DNA of 64,000 nt, from positions 1 to 64,000 of IMG/VR virus record IMGVR_UViG_3300038428_000280, one strand, 5' to 3'. The notes beneath the pieces are model-generated. The model searched no databases and was not told the DNA's origin. It saw nothing but the letters and a program-made list of their open reading frames with translations. The position numbers and the translations under genes were made by a program. The stretch comes from a virus. Positions 35,891 to 45,026 of the stretch are shown here, piece by piece (the stretch's first letter is position 1; each line of letters starts with the position of its first letter).

Positions 35891-36340
35891 TTAACCATTG
35901 AGAATCATCTTTTTCTTTGTTACATTTGTGTAAGGATAGTTTGAACTATTTATACCTATTTTTTCATAACCATAAGGTATTCTTTCTTCCAACGGACCGT
36001 CAACTATTCCCAACTTTTGTTTAAGAAATGCTAAAGCGGCTATGGGCGACATTCTTCCACAATTAAATCCGACAATGCCGTGTTTTTCACAAAAATCTTC
36101 CAATACCTTTACATCCTTTTCAGGCCATGTCTTTTTTGGGGTGGTATCTTCAATTTCACCATCATTCAATTGTTTTTTCTGAACCATTATTTTATATGGG
36201 TCAAAACCGTTATTTTGCTTAAGAGTGTCAATTTTTTTAGATATCACTTGATTAAAATCAGGAATGATACTCGTTTTTAAATCAGGATATTCTTCAAATC
36301 CTAGAGTCAATTGAGTTCCACTTTGATTGAAGTCGTTCAT
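35891..36340 (-). CDS. Hypothetical protein
   Basis: 149-aa ORF. Confidence 0.65.
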   Translation of the reverse strand: MNDFNQSGTQLTLGFEEYPDLKTSIIPDFNQVISKKIDTLKQNNGFDPYKIMVQKKQLNDGEIEDTTPKKTWPEKDVKVLEDFCEKHGIVGFNCGRMSPIAALAFLKQKLGIVDGPLEERIPYGYEKIGINSSNYPYTNVTKKKMILNG

Positions 36341-36345
36341 ATAAA

Positions 36346-37515
36346 TTATCCACTATAATCCATCTTTTTTGGTGGATATTCCTTGCCAATCAAATAAGTT
36401 CTCTCGACCATTTTCTTACTACTTTTTCGGTCTTTAGCTTTCTTTTGATCTTCCCAATCACGAAACATTATATTACCAAGTAAGTAAGCTTGTTTTTCCA
36501 TTTGACGCAGCCACGGGTTGTGCTGAGCATATTGTGGGTCTTCACCCCTTTTATCTATGTTCCTGCCACTTTTACTTGTTTGAAGTTTTTCGTTTTCGTG
36601 TTGCCAATGATGGACTATTTCATGAGCAAAAGAACGAAGAATGTCTTTTTGATGGCGGTCAGTTATGTACAAGTTAACGGTTCTTGTATCAGGGTCATAA
36701 TAGGCCGTCTTGCCCAAAATCTTGTTGGCGTTCTTTTCATCTGACAATAACTTTACCTTTGGCACAGTCTTTATTTTCAATTCATTTTGCAAATAAGAAA
36801 ATAATTGTGCCAAATGCGATTTAAACGTATCCATGTCTTCAGGCATCATACCTTCTATAAATAGTTGTCGATTACCCTTATTTTCACGTAAAGCTGTAGG
36901 ATTATGCCTTATTCTATTTGATGGTATTTTACTTTTGTCTTTTACGATTTTATTGGCTGATTGGTCAATTAAAGTGACACCTGACTTATTTGCACTATCT
37001 ATCAAAATGTCCCATTGTTTATCCGTTGGTGGTAACGTATAACCTATTAGCATCAACCCTTCTTGAACCAAAATTCGGACGAATCCCATGTCTTTTAAAG
37101 CTTTGGCCGAGCCTTCATGGCTCAGAGGTATGTCGTGGGTTTTTAAATAATTTTTAGCCCACAATTCATGACTATTACTACCTATGTAAGCATCCTCAAA
37201 CTTGCATTCCGGTGTCAACCAATAACCACCACTTGCAAGAATCCTAGATTCACCTGTCTCTTCCCAAAGACCTTTAAACAAATCTTTGGCACGGGTAGGA
37301 TAATCCACGGGTTGGACAAAATCCGCATTGTCGTTCTCTTCACAGGTTGGAGTGGTTACAAAAGTAGGTTTTACTTCGTAAGGAACAGAATCATCAAAAT
37401 AATCACTAAAACTAAGACCTTCTCGTATTCCCATGTGGGAACGATAAGCACTCAGCTTTTTTTGTGATTTTTTAATGCGCACATTGAAAAAATTACGGCT
37501 TTCTTTTATGGACAC
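36346..37515 (-). CDS. Putative virion protein with HExxH metallopeptidase domain
   Basis: GKTAYYDP, RHQKDILRSFAHEIVHHWQ and MEKQAY..GN motifs; start uncertain. Confidence 0.7.
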   Translation of the reverse strand: MSIKESRNFFNVRIKKSQKKLSAYRSHMGIREGLSFSDYFDDSVPYEVKPTFVTTPTCEENDNADFVQPVDYPTRAKDLFKGLWEETGESRILASGGYWLTPECKFEDAYIGSNSHELWAKNYLKTHDIPLSHEGSAKALKDMGFVRILVQEGLMLIGYTLPPTDKQWDILIDSANKSGVTLIDQSANKIVKDKSKIPSNRIRHNPTALRENKGNRQLFIEGMMPEDMDTFKSHLAQLFSYLQNELKIKTVPKVKLLSDEKNANKILGKTAYYDPDTRTVNLYITDRHQKDILRSFAHEIVHHWQHENEKLQTSKSGRNIDKRGEDPQYAQHNPWLRQMEKQAYLLGNIMFRDWEDQKKAKDRKSSKKMVERTYLIGKEYPPKKMDYSG

Positions 37516-39319
37516 CGCTAGTAGTTTTCTTTGGTTTCTGAAATTTTAGTTTTGGATTTTTCAAAGTGGTCTTTGGTTTCATTCCCTTTTGAATGGTTTT
37601 GGCCACCTTGCTCGGCTTTTTGGAAGCTTCATCCAAATCATCCGCCCATCTTTGTTTTCCTGATTGCGGAAGGTTTCCATGAGTAATGGTTCTGTAGGAA
37701 CTATGCTGAACCGCCTGTCCACCAGCTTCGTCCATTGCAGCTTCATCTTCTTGTTCTTCACCTTCACTTACTTCGGGGTCGTATTGGTTTGTTCTAGCAA
37801 ACATGTCAGGTTCAGAAGTCTTAGCTAATGTTGGCTGAACAACCTTATATGACGGTCCCATTTTCATGTCAACCGTAGCCTCGTCCATCTCTTCTGCGCC
37901 GGGATATTTTTGTGGGTCTAAAGCTTCATCCTCTTCCTTGTGGGATTTATAGCCTTTATTCTTCATCCACCATGCTAATGCATAGGGATTGGTAATCTTT
38001 TTCTTTTCAGCTTCTTCCACGCCTACAGTTTCTTCCTCTTCCTCCTTTTTGGGATTCCATCTTTTGGCACCACCAACAGAATGTTTCTTCATAGCCTTTA
38101 CCGTTCCTTCCCATCCCGGAGGCGCTACTTCTTCTATTGATTCGTCGTTTTTACTAAATTTACCGGCTTTAGCCATTCTAGCAAATGCTTTACGATGTGG
38201 AGTGCAGGTAGGCTTAGACATTGGTGTGCAATATCCTTTATGAGCAGGATTTACAGCCTTTTTTAGAAATTTTTTCTTTTCAGAAATCCTATCAATCTTT
38301 TCACGAAGACTCTTTAATTCAGACAATTCGGTTTCAGTCAGATTGCGTTGTGCATTGGCTAACGCAACATAACGTTCATTCATCATGCATTCTTCTTCGT
38401 CATCATACATTTCACTGATTTCAGGTTCATATTGATTGGTTCTAGCAAACATGTCAGGTTCGGAAGTTTTAGCCAAAATAGGTTGAACCACTTTATACGA
38501 AGGACCCATTTTCATGTCAACTGTTGCTTCATCCATTTCTTCCTTTTTATCCTTCTTCCCAAATGACCCTTTATTTTTACAAAATGCGCATTTGCATCCA
38601 GCCTTATGTCCACCTTCATTTAATTTAACCCATTTGCCACTCTCTTTGTCAAATCGGATTTCCTTCAAGACTTCTTTGACAATTTTACGGACTTGGGCCT
38701 TATTTTCATCCAATTTTGGAGTATTAGCAATGGTGCCCTTGGTGTTCAAACCACCCTGTTTTTGACCTTCACCCGGTGCAACGGCACCACCAACCGATTT
38801 GGAAGCCACCGAACCATCAGTTTTCTTACCACCTGCGGTTATAGTTTCCTTATCACCATCTTGACTGACAAGAAGACCACCTTTATCCTTGGCCACGCCA
38901 GCTTTTTCCGTACTACTGCCGGCTGCGGTCATACCTGATAACTCACCGGTGGCTGGGCCACCGAATCCCCGGCCAATTTGTATAACTTTACCGAGGCGAA
39001 TTGGTTGGCCATGATGAGGAACATTTAAAGCGCCGCCCAAAAGAGGCAAACCACCATTGTCATCATATTCACCACTGCCTTCTTCCTCTTCTTCATCTTC
39101 GCCGCAGTAACCACAATGTTCTTGAATCTTGGAATAGTAATGTGCATCGCTTTGCAAATTTTTACTTGCGATCTTGGCGGCAACAAATTCATCTTCGGTC
39201 TGTTTAATTTCAGCAAGGATGCCTTTTTGAAATTCTTTTGCGTCAACACCTTCCGGAATAAGATTTTGAATATCTTTCGCAGTTGCCTTTTTATTTTTGA
39301 AGAAATCTCGATAGTTCAT
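37493..39319 (-). CDS. Low-complexity putative internal head protein (DUF5661-like N-terminus, internal duplication)
   Basis: EFQKGILAE...A.KIA..NL..DAHYYSKI; many (I/L/M)xE sites; duplicated ~40-aa block. Confidence 0.65.
   Translation of the reverse strand: MNYRDFFKNKKATAKDIQNLIPEGVDAKEFQKGILAEIKQTEDEFVAAKIASKNLQSDAHYYSKIQEHCGYCGEDEEEEEGSGEYDDNGGLPLLGGALNVPHHGQPIRLGKVIQIGRGFGGPATGELSGMTAAGSSTEKAGVAKDKGGLLVSQDGDKETITAGGKKTDGSVASKSVGGAVAPGEGQKQGGLNTKGTIANTPKLDENKAQVRKIVKEVLKEIRFDKESGKWVKLNEGGHKAGCKCAFCKNKGSFGKKDKKEEMDEATVDMKMGPSYKVVQPILAKTSEPDMFARTNQYEPEISEMYDDEEECMMNERYVALANAQRNLTETELSELKSLREKIDRISEKKKFLKKAVNPAHKGYCTPMSKPTCTPHRKAFARMAKAGKFSKNDESIEEVAPPGWEGTVKAMKKHSVGGAKRWNPKKEEEEETVGVEEAEKKKITNPYALAWWMKNKGYKSHKEEDEALDPQKYPGAEEMDEATVDMKMGPSYKVVQPTLAKTSEPDMFARTNQYDPEVSEGEEQEDEAAMDEAGGQAVQHSSYRTITHGNLPQSGKQRWADDLDEASKKPSKVAKTIQKGMKPKTTLKNPKLKFQKPKKTTSGVHKRKP
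37772..38542 (-). repeat. Intragenic ~120-bp duplication (copies ~37772-37894 and ~38421-38542)
   Basis: Both copies encode EEMDEATVDMKMGPSYKVVQP.LAKTSEPDMFARTNQY.PE. Confidence 0.9.
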
Positions 39320-39364
39320 AGATGTATATAAATATTCGCTTATTTTGTTAAAACCGACAAAATA

Positions 39365-40132
39365 TTAAGATAGACTTAATTTCTTGACAGCCTTTCGTTT
39401 GTCATATAGGTCTTTGAAGATTTTATCAAGTTCCGGCGTATTGGCCACCGCCACGCTCTTCTGCTTTTCAGCAATCATTTCATCAAGAACCGCTTTTGTT
39501 TTGGAAAAAGTGGTTTCATCAACTTTCATTTTTTTATCATCAATGTTTAACATATGGAGCCTACTGTAATAATGGGGGTCTTCTTTCATGTTTTTCAATA
39601 CGGTTTGTTTAGCTATGGCTTTGTCTTTTTTGACCATTTGACTTAATTCGTATTGAAGCGCTGACATTATTTCATCAGGAGAAGGCGTTTGTTTCTTTCC
39701 CTGAAATAATTGGTCAACTTGTGGGTCAAATCGGGCATCGGGATTAAGAGGTCGTTCAGATTGTGCTTTATCCGCCGCACCAGCAGGACTCATGATTTGA
39801 TTGCCCATTTTTTGTCCAGCTACTCCTTCGCCACCATCGGTTTCTTTATCCTGAACAATTTTACCATCGGGATATCCTGTTATTGTCTTACTTCCTTGAC
39901 CATCTTTGTCAGGCCTGTCAGGCATAGAAGGAACAGCAGAGCCGGAACTTGTGTTGGGTTGAAAATGGTCTTGGGTTTTGTCGGATGAAGAGAACTTGGA
40001 TGGATTTTGCGTAATATTTCCACCGCCGGGAGTACCATACCCCGTTTGGTAATTCAATGTCCCGCTACCACCACCGGGTGCTCCATCTATAGCGTTTTCT
40101 CTAATGATTCTTTTAATGACTCTTTTTGCCAT
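39365..40132 (-). CDS. Putative virion protein with DUF5661-like domain
   Basis: EIMSALQYE...AKQTVLKNMKEDPHYYSRL; N-terminal KRIIRE. Confidence 0.6.
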   Translation of the reverse strand: MAKRVIKRIIRENAIDGAPGGGSGTLNYQTGYGTPGGGNITQNPSKFSSSDKTQDHFQPNTSSGSAVPSMPDRPDKDGQGSKTITGYPDGKIVQDKETDGGEGVAGQKMGNQIMSPAGAADKAQSERPLNPDARFDPQVDQLFQGKKQTPSPDEIMSALQYELSQMVKKDKAIAKQTVLKNMKEDPHYYSRLHMLNIDDKKMKVDETTFSKTKAVLDEMIAEKQKSVAVANTPELDKIFKDLYDKRKAVKKLSLS

Positions 40133-40181
40133 ATCATATAAATAGTATGGATAATAAAGAAACTATTATATATGACCGCAT

Positions 40182-40208
40182 AAAAAACCGACATCACAAG
40201 ATGCCGGT
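40182..40208 (-). terminator. Intrinsic terminator
   Basis: Minus strand ACCGGCATC-TTGT-GATGTCGGT-TTTTT. Confidence 0.8.
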
Positions 40209-40223
40209 CAAACAGAAACTTTC

Positions 40224-40311
40224 CTCAATTATTTGTTCGGGTCATTCTATGAAACAATCATGAACAAAATAAAGTTCAAATGTTTGAGGGTTATACTCAC
40301 AAATAATCGAG
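40224..40311 (-). ncRNA. Candidate multibranch structured RNA
   Basis: 13-bp closing stem CTCGATTATTTGT/ACAAATAATTGAG enclosing small hairpins, just before the terminator. Confidence 0.45.
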
Positions 40312-40336
40312 CTTATAATTTCGGTTGTATTTTAAA

Positions 40337-40474
40337 TCATTCTTCGTTTACAGGTATGGTAAATATCCACCTAAAAGGTTGATGAACTATCAAATCCACA
40401 GGCCAAGCAAAAACTGCAAAAAGCCAATTCGGAACCCATTTTCTTTTTATTGCTATCAGTTCGTAATTAGCCAT
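40337..40474 (-). CDS. Small hypothetical protein (45 aa)
   Basis: MANYELIAIKRKWVPNWLFAVFAWP... Confidence 0.45.
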   Translation of the reverse strand: MANYELIAIKRKWVPNWLFAVFAWPVDLIVHQPFRWIFTIPVNEE

Positions 40475-40477
40475 ATT

Positions 40478-40729
40478 TTAAAGGTATTGCGGTTCGTCCA
40501 CATAAATGTTTTCGGAAATCAATTCCAAATTTATTTCTTCTACACTAATTTTACCTGCTCTCAAATAAAATATCTTGTAATTACCACCACCCCTAATTTT
40601 TGAAAGTTGACATTGAACAGATCCTTCATTTGGTAAATCATAACAATTGCCTTCAACATAATTTTCACTTCTGTCCCATCTATCGTGTAGCTTTTTAGCA
40701 AAATGCTTTTTCCATTCGTGTATTCTCAT
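40478..40729 (-). CDS. Hypothetical protein
   Basis: Operon-packed ORF. Confidence 0.55.
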   Translation of the reverse strand: MRIHEWKKHFAKKLHDRWDRSENYVEGNCYDLPNEGSVQCQLSKIRGGGNYKIFYLRAGKISVEEINLELISENIYVDEPQYL

Positions 40730-40730
40730 A

Positions 40731-41297
40731 TTATCTAATTTCCGGTTTCAGTAACTTCCATCGGTCACTGTTTGTTTTTACAAACCCATTGTCTATGTGT
40801 TTAATCATGTCAATCACATCTTCAATGTTATCGTAAATGTATTTGTGAGGAACAACGCCCATAAGCCAAAGTGGGCATTTTGATTTGCCACCTTCCACCG
40901 ATAAAAACAACGGTTTCTTCTCACGAATGATTGTGGTTATTTCTTCAGCGCTACCCCACGAAGCTACGTCAGGAATAATGTGAGCAATGAAAAAATCACA
41001 AATGTCGCACAGTCTCAAATCATAACCACGAACATCCCACATGCGTTGTTGAACCAAATCATATTGACCTGTTTCCATCCAATGTTTCAGGTCGTCTCTA
41101 GCCGATTCATCTTCCGGTATATCGTGAACAAACGGTTTGTAATATGGGTCAAAGAATCTTATGCCACAGTATTTCAATTTTTGTTTAACGATTTCTCTCC
41201 AAGGCCGGCCATTTGCATACTGCATGTGGCCTATCAAATAACATCGTGTTCCACGAAGAATATGAACTTTTGGCGTGATCTTTTTTGCGACGGCCAT
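40731..41297 (-). CDS. Nucleoside 2-deoxyribosyltransferase-like protein
   Basis: YLIGHM..GRPWRE, FFDP, DLRLCDICD and SWGSAEEI motifs. Confidence 0.75.
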   Translation of the reverse strand: MAVAKKITPKVHILRGTRCYLIGHMQYANGRPWREIVKQKLKYCGIRFFDPYYKPFVHDIPEDESARDDLKHWMETGQYDLVQQRMWDVRGYDLRLCDICDFFIAHIIPDVASWGSAEEITTIIREKKPLFLSVEGGKSKCPLWLMGVVPHKYIYDNIEDVIDMIKHIDNGFVKTNSDRWKLLKPEIR

Positions 41298-41320
41298 AAC
41301 CTCTTTTTTAATAACAATTC

Positions 41321-41605
41321 TTATCCCTGATTTGAGCGAGCAACAATTTCCAAGGCTAAATCATATTTAGCCGTAAATTGAAGTATCTCCTTCATTTCCA
41401 ATACCGGAGCATACTCACAATAAATTTCAAGTGTATTTTTCATGTGCATAGGATGTTGTTGAACAATCTCTGCACGACGAAACCATTGCTTGTTTTTGGA
41501 ATTATCGTAAAATTCACCTAGAGCTAGTCTTAACCTGTCCGGCAATTGTTTATAATGATGCGGCAGCTCTATGTGATTGACCTGTTCGGTTGGTTGATTT
41601 TCCAT
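41321..41605 (-). CDS. Hypothetical protein (tandem paralog)
   Basis: LGEFYD..KNKQWFRRAE..HP.H..TLEIYC..YDLALEI. Confidence 0.7.
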   Translation of the reverse strand: MENQPTEQVNHIELPHHYKQLPDRLRLALGEFYDNSKNKQWFRRAEIVQQHPMHMKNTLEIYCEYAPVLEMKEILQFTAKYDLALEIVARSNQG

Positions 41606-41613
41606 AATTTTCC

Positions 41614-41862
41614 TTATTTTTTATTCGGGCGAATAATAATTTCCAATGCCAAATTATAAGTGGCTGCAAATTGAACTATTTCCTTTCTTTCCAAAGCCGG
41701 TTCAAAATCACAATAGACTTGAAGTGTAGGCTTTAAATGGTCAGGATGCATTTCCATCAACTCAGCTCTGTAAAACCACGGTCTATTTTTGTAGAGGTCG
41801 TAAAATTCACCAAGGATTCTTTTATGCTCTCTTCCTTCCGGTAACTTTCTTGGCAGTTCCAT
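41614..41862 (-). CDS. Hypothetical protein (tandem paralog)
   Basis: LGEFYD..KNRPWFYRAE..HP.H..TLQVYC..YNLALEI. Confidence 0.7.
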   Translation of the reverse strand: MELPRKLPEGREHKRILGEFYDLYKNRPWFYRAELMEMHPDHLKPTLQVYCDFEPALERKEIVQFAATYNLALEIIIRPNKK

Positions 41863-41870
41863 AATTTTTC

Positions 41871-42854
41871 TTATTTTAAATGTTTCAGTATCTTATACAT
41901 ACACGCTAAAAATGTTATATCTCTAACTTTTGGTATAACTAGCCCCGATTGATATATAGAATCAGCTAATTCATATATAATTAATGCTTCTTTTCCTTTG
42001 GCATATTCTTCCACCTTATCAAACAAATATCTATAAACCGTCTCCAATGACCCTGCATCAAATTCGGTGGTTATTTGACGAATTTCATTGAATACACCAG
42101 CTTTATTTGGTGTTTTTAGCAAATCAACTAATTTGTTCAGCATGTCCATTTCCACGGCATTTTCCTTGGAAATCTTGATTTTAAGAACTGTATTTCCCGT
42201 ATCATCCACTGTTTCGATGGTTGATTGTTGAGCAAAATTGATTACTTTTCTGATGTCAGGATAGTAAGTGTTGACAATGAAAACAATATCTTCCTGCGTA
42301 AATGACACCTTTTCATTTTGCAAAATTTCCACCAATCTAAGTGCTACTTCCTTTTTGGAGATTGGCTTGATTTCAAACGATTGCATCCTTGATGAAATCG
42401 GGTCAATCATTTTTTCCACATAATTACATGTTAGAATGAATCGTGTATGGGCTGAATAAGTCTCCAGCATGTTTCTAAGAATGCCTTGTGCATCCTGAGA
42501 CAATCTATCGGCTTCGTCAAGAATGATGACTTTAAGAGGATAAAATCCCGCTGATGAAGCATAATTCTTCATTTTGACTCTTACATCCTCGACACCATTT
42601 TGGTCTGATGCATTGATGTACATTGAATCACATTGGACATTATTTGTGAGAATTTTTGCCAAGGAAGTTTTACCCGTTCCAGCAGGGCCAAACAACAAAA
42701 TATGCTGAAAATCACCCTTTTTGATAAATTGGGAAAATTTCTCCTTTACACTGTCATTACCAATGAAAGCATCCATTGTAGTTGGTCTATATTTCTCCAC
42801 CCACAATGAATGGTCTCTCTTGGGGACTCTACTTTCTTCAACCAAAAAATCCAT
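41871..42854 (-). CDS. Clamp loader ATPase subunit (RFC small / T4 gp44-like)
   Basis: LWVEKYRP, GPAGTGKT, INASD, ILDEAD and FILTCN motifs. Confidence 0.93.
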   Translation of the reverse strand: MDFLVEESRVPKRDHSLWVEKYRPTTMDAFIGNDSVKEKFSQFIKKGDFQHILLFGPAGTGKTSLAKILTNNVQCDSMYINASDQNGVEDVRVKMKNYASSAGFYPLKVIILDEADRLSQDAQGILRNMLETYSAHTRFILTCNYVEKMIDPISSRMQSFEIKPISKKEVALRLVEILQNEKVSFTQEDIVFIVNTYYPDIRKVINFAQQSTIETVDDTGNTVLKIKISKENAVEMDMLNKLVDLLKTPNKAGVFNEIRQITTEFDAGSLETVYRYLFDKVEEYAKGKEALIIYELADSIYQSGLVIPKVRDITFLACMYKILKHLK

Positions 42855-42856
42855 AA

Positions 42857-43033
42857 TTAGATAAATTTGACCTTGCGAGTGCTAACTTTGGATTTCAAAA
42901 TTTTTCTAGCACGGGGAAGTTCCGCTGTGATTTCTTTTTTGGTGAGAACTTCCTTGAACCACGGCCCAATCCATTCACCGTGACTCTTGTAAAATAGACC
43001 GTAATAATTTTGTTGAGTTTGATTCGTTTTCAT
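42857..43033 (-). CDS. Small hypothetical protein (58 aa)
   Basis: MKTNQTQQNYYGLFYKSHGEWIGPW...; SD AAGGA. Confidence 0.55.
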   Translation of the reverse strand: MKTNQTQQNYYGLFYKSHGEWIGPWFKEVLTKKEITAELPRARKILKSKVSTRKVKFI

Positions 43034-43065
43034 GTTATTTCCTTTGTTTTAATTTATTGTTATTA

Positions 43066-43815
43066 TTAATCTTCCACTTCGGTTTTAACCAAATAATATT
43101 GACTCTTGAAACCGCTTGCATCAAAAGCTATTCCTGCCAAACCGGCTTCTGATACTCCAAGAACAGAGTCACTTACCTCACTATTTGCGGCAAAAATTTC
43201 CTTAAGATGTTTAGCATTGAAACTGATTGGATTCTTTACGGTATCCTTGCCCGCAGTCGTGGTGATTTCCAAGGCAATTCGGTCAGAGAGGTTCTTTTCC
43301 TTGTAACCCAAAATCATTTCCAATTTTTGTTTCTTCTTGTTCATAATGAGCGTGAACAACGCATCCTTGTCATCCACACCACTAAATGCTTTGTTAAAGG
43401 CGCCAACCAATTCTGCGTTACAAACGACCTCGACGGTGAACGGTGGAATCGTTTTCATGGTTGGTGCAGCTTCGACACCATCAACGCCCGCAGCAACATA
43501 TGTGACCACATATTTTCCATCATCCACAATTACCTTGCGAACCCTTGTCTTGTCGTTTTCATCCATGTCCAAGGTAAATGAAATATTATCGGAAAGAACA
43601 GGTAACATCCCTTTGAATTTGTTGGTGTCTTGAATGCCGATTTCAAGGCCTGTGAAAAACGCTCCCTTTTCCAACCGAACAGAATCAAACAACTTTCTGT
43701 CGGAACTCATCGCTCTCACCATTAAATCGTTGTTGTCGGCATACCATCTGACGCCTTCAACGATGCCACCCAAATGATATTTTTTAATAAATGTTTCAAT
43801 ATTTTTCTTTTCCAT
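43066..43815 (-). CDS. Sliding clamp (gp45/PCNA-like)
   Basis: About 250 aa, next to the clamp loader, ISFNAKHLKEI..VSEAGLA..F...YYLV C-terminus; SD GGAG before ATG 43815. Confidence 0.72.
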   Translation of the reverse strand: MEKKNIETFIKKYHLGGIVEGVRWYADNNDLMVRAMSSDRKLFDSVRLEKGAFFTGLEIGIQDTNKFKGMLPVLSDNISFTLDMDENDKTRVRKVIVDDGKYVVTYVAAGVDGVEAAPTMKTIPPFTVEVVCNAELVGAFNKAFSGVDDKDALFTLIMNKKKQKLEMILGYKEKNLSDRIALEITTTAGKDTVKNPISFNAKHLKEIFAANSEVSDSVLGVSEAGLAGIAFDASGFKSQYYLVKTEVED

Positions 43816-43845
43816 AGTTATATTCTCCAATGATTCTTCATCTTA

Positions 43846-44244
43846 TCACAGCTGTTGTATTTTGTCTATTTTTTTTAAAAGATTGGGCGTTTCAAAAATA
43901 TTTCCGATGATTTCAACGGTTCCTTCAATCATTCTTTGTGTAAACGACATACTTAATAATGCAGACCCACAATCAGCAATATACGCACCACGACAAAATT
44001 TTACTTCGGCTATTTTAGGAATAAATTCTGATTTGGCATGATTTGTTATTATATCACCTTCATAAATCTCTTTACCATTTTGGTCTTTGAAACCGGTATA
44101 TTGCATTACTTCACAATCTTCTGTCCATTCATCACCACACTCATATTGAATAGCATCCAATATGATGTCTTCATTACCAAACCAATTATAAATTTTCTTT
44201 TCTGATTTAACCCAAATTCTAAATCTTATTTCTCTATTATTCAT
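43846..44244 (-). CDS. YopX family protein
   Basis: REIRFRIW, MQYTGFKDQNGKEIYEGDI and EIIGNIFETP motifs. Confidence 0.88.
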   Translation of the reverse strand: MNNREIRFRIWVKSEKKIYNWFGNEDIILDAIQYECGDEWTEDCEVMQYTGFKDQNGKEIYEGDIITNHAKSEFIPKIAEVKFCRGAYIADCGSALLSMSFTQRMIEGTVEIIGNIFETPNLLKKIDKIQQL

Positions 44245-44786
44245 ATGAATGTATCCAAGGTTATCTTGGGTTTTACAGGTGCTTCGTCAGGAATGCACAA
44301 TTGAATAGCTACACCAAACTTTTCAGCAAAAGGTTTTAATTCAGCTTCAATAAGACATTTTAGTTCTGTTCTTTCAGGTGGTGGAGTAAAACCGATGACT
44401 TTTCCATACGGCCCCCGCCTTCCATTTTTTCCCCCAAGAAGAGGCATGTTCACAGATTTTATGTCATTTTCCAAAATGGCAAGTTTCAATGATTTGATTG
44501 ACGCATCAATCCATTCAAGGGTGCTCCAATACTTCCAATCATCCTTCACCGCCAAGCCAAGAAGATAGACATGATGTTCCAAATCAAAATATGTGTAACA
44601 ATCGCCGGGACGAATTCCATGTTTGGAACATTTCTCCTTGTAATCTTCAAACATCTTTGGATAACGTTTTTTGAACTCCAAAGCAATACCGGCACCCATA
44701 ACTCCCACACAGTTAATGGTATTTACGTAGGCATCAGCAGGAGTGTCAAAGATGGATTTGTAACTGATGATAAATCTTTCACCCAT
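44241..44786 (-). CDS. Macrodomain protein (DarG/Poa1-like)
   Basis: SIFDTPADAYVNTINCVGVMGAGIALEFKKRYP and MPLLGGKNG motifs. Confidence 0.87.
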   Translation of the reverse strand: MGERFIISYKSIFDTPADAYVNTINCVGVMGAGIALEFKKRYPKMFEDYKEKCSKHGIRPGDCYTYFDLEHHVYLLGLAVKDDWKYWSTLEWIDASIKSLKLAILENDIKSVNMPLLGGKNGRRGPYGKVIGFTPPPERTELKCLIEAELKPFAEKFGVAIQLCIPDEAPVKPKITLDTFI

Positions 44787-44797
44787 ATTATAAAATA

Positions 44798-45013
44798 TTA
44801 TTGAACTTCTCCTTCTTTGTACAGTTTATTTACAATGCGTTCTATTATTTTCTTTGACTCTTCCAATAATTCTTTTCTGTCAGGTGTTGAAGAGTCGTTA
44901 TTAATCAACAATGACAACGCATTAATATAGTTACCACCATACGGCGTAGGAACTAGCATAATACAACTTGGTTTTTGGTAATATTCAAAACCGAATATTT
45001 TTTCCTTATTCAT
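44798..45013 (-). CDS. Hypothetical protein
   Basis: 71-aa ORF. Confidence 0.55.
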   Translation of the reverse strand: MNKEKIFGFEYYQKPSCIMLVPTPYGGNYINALSLLINNDSSTPDRKELLEESKKIIERIVNKLYKEGEVQ

Positions 45014-45026
45014 AATTTATATATTT

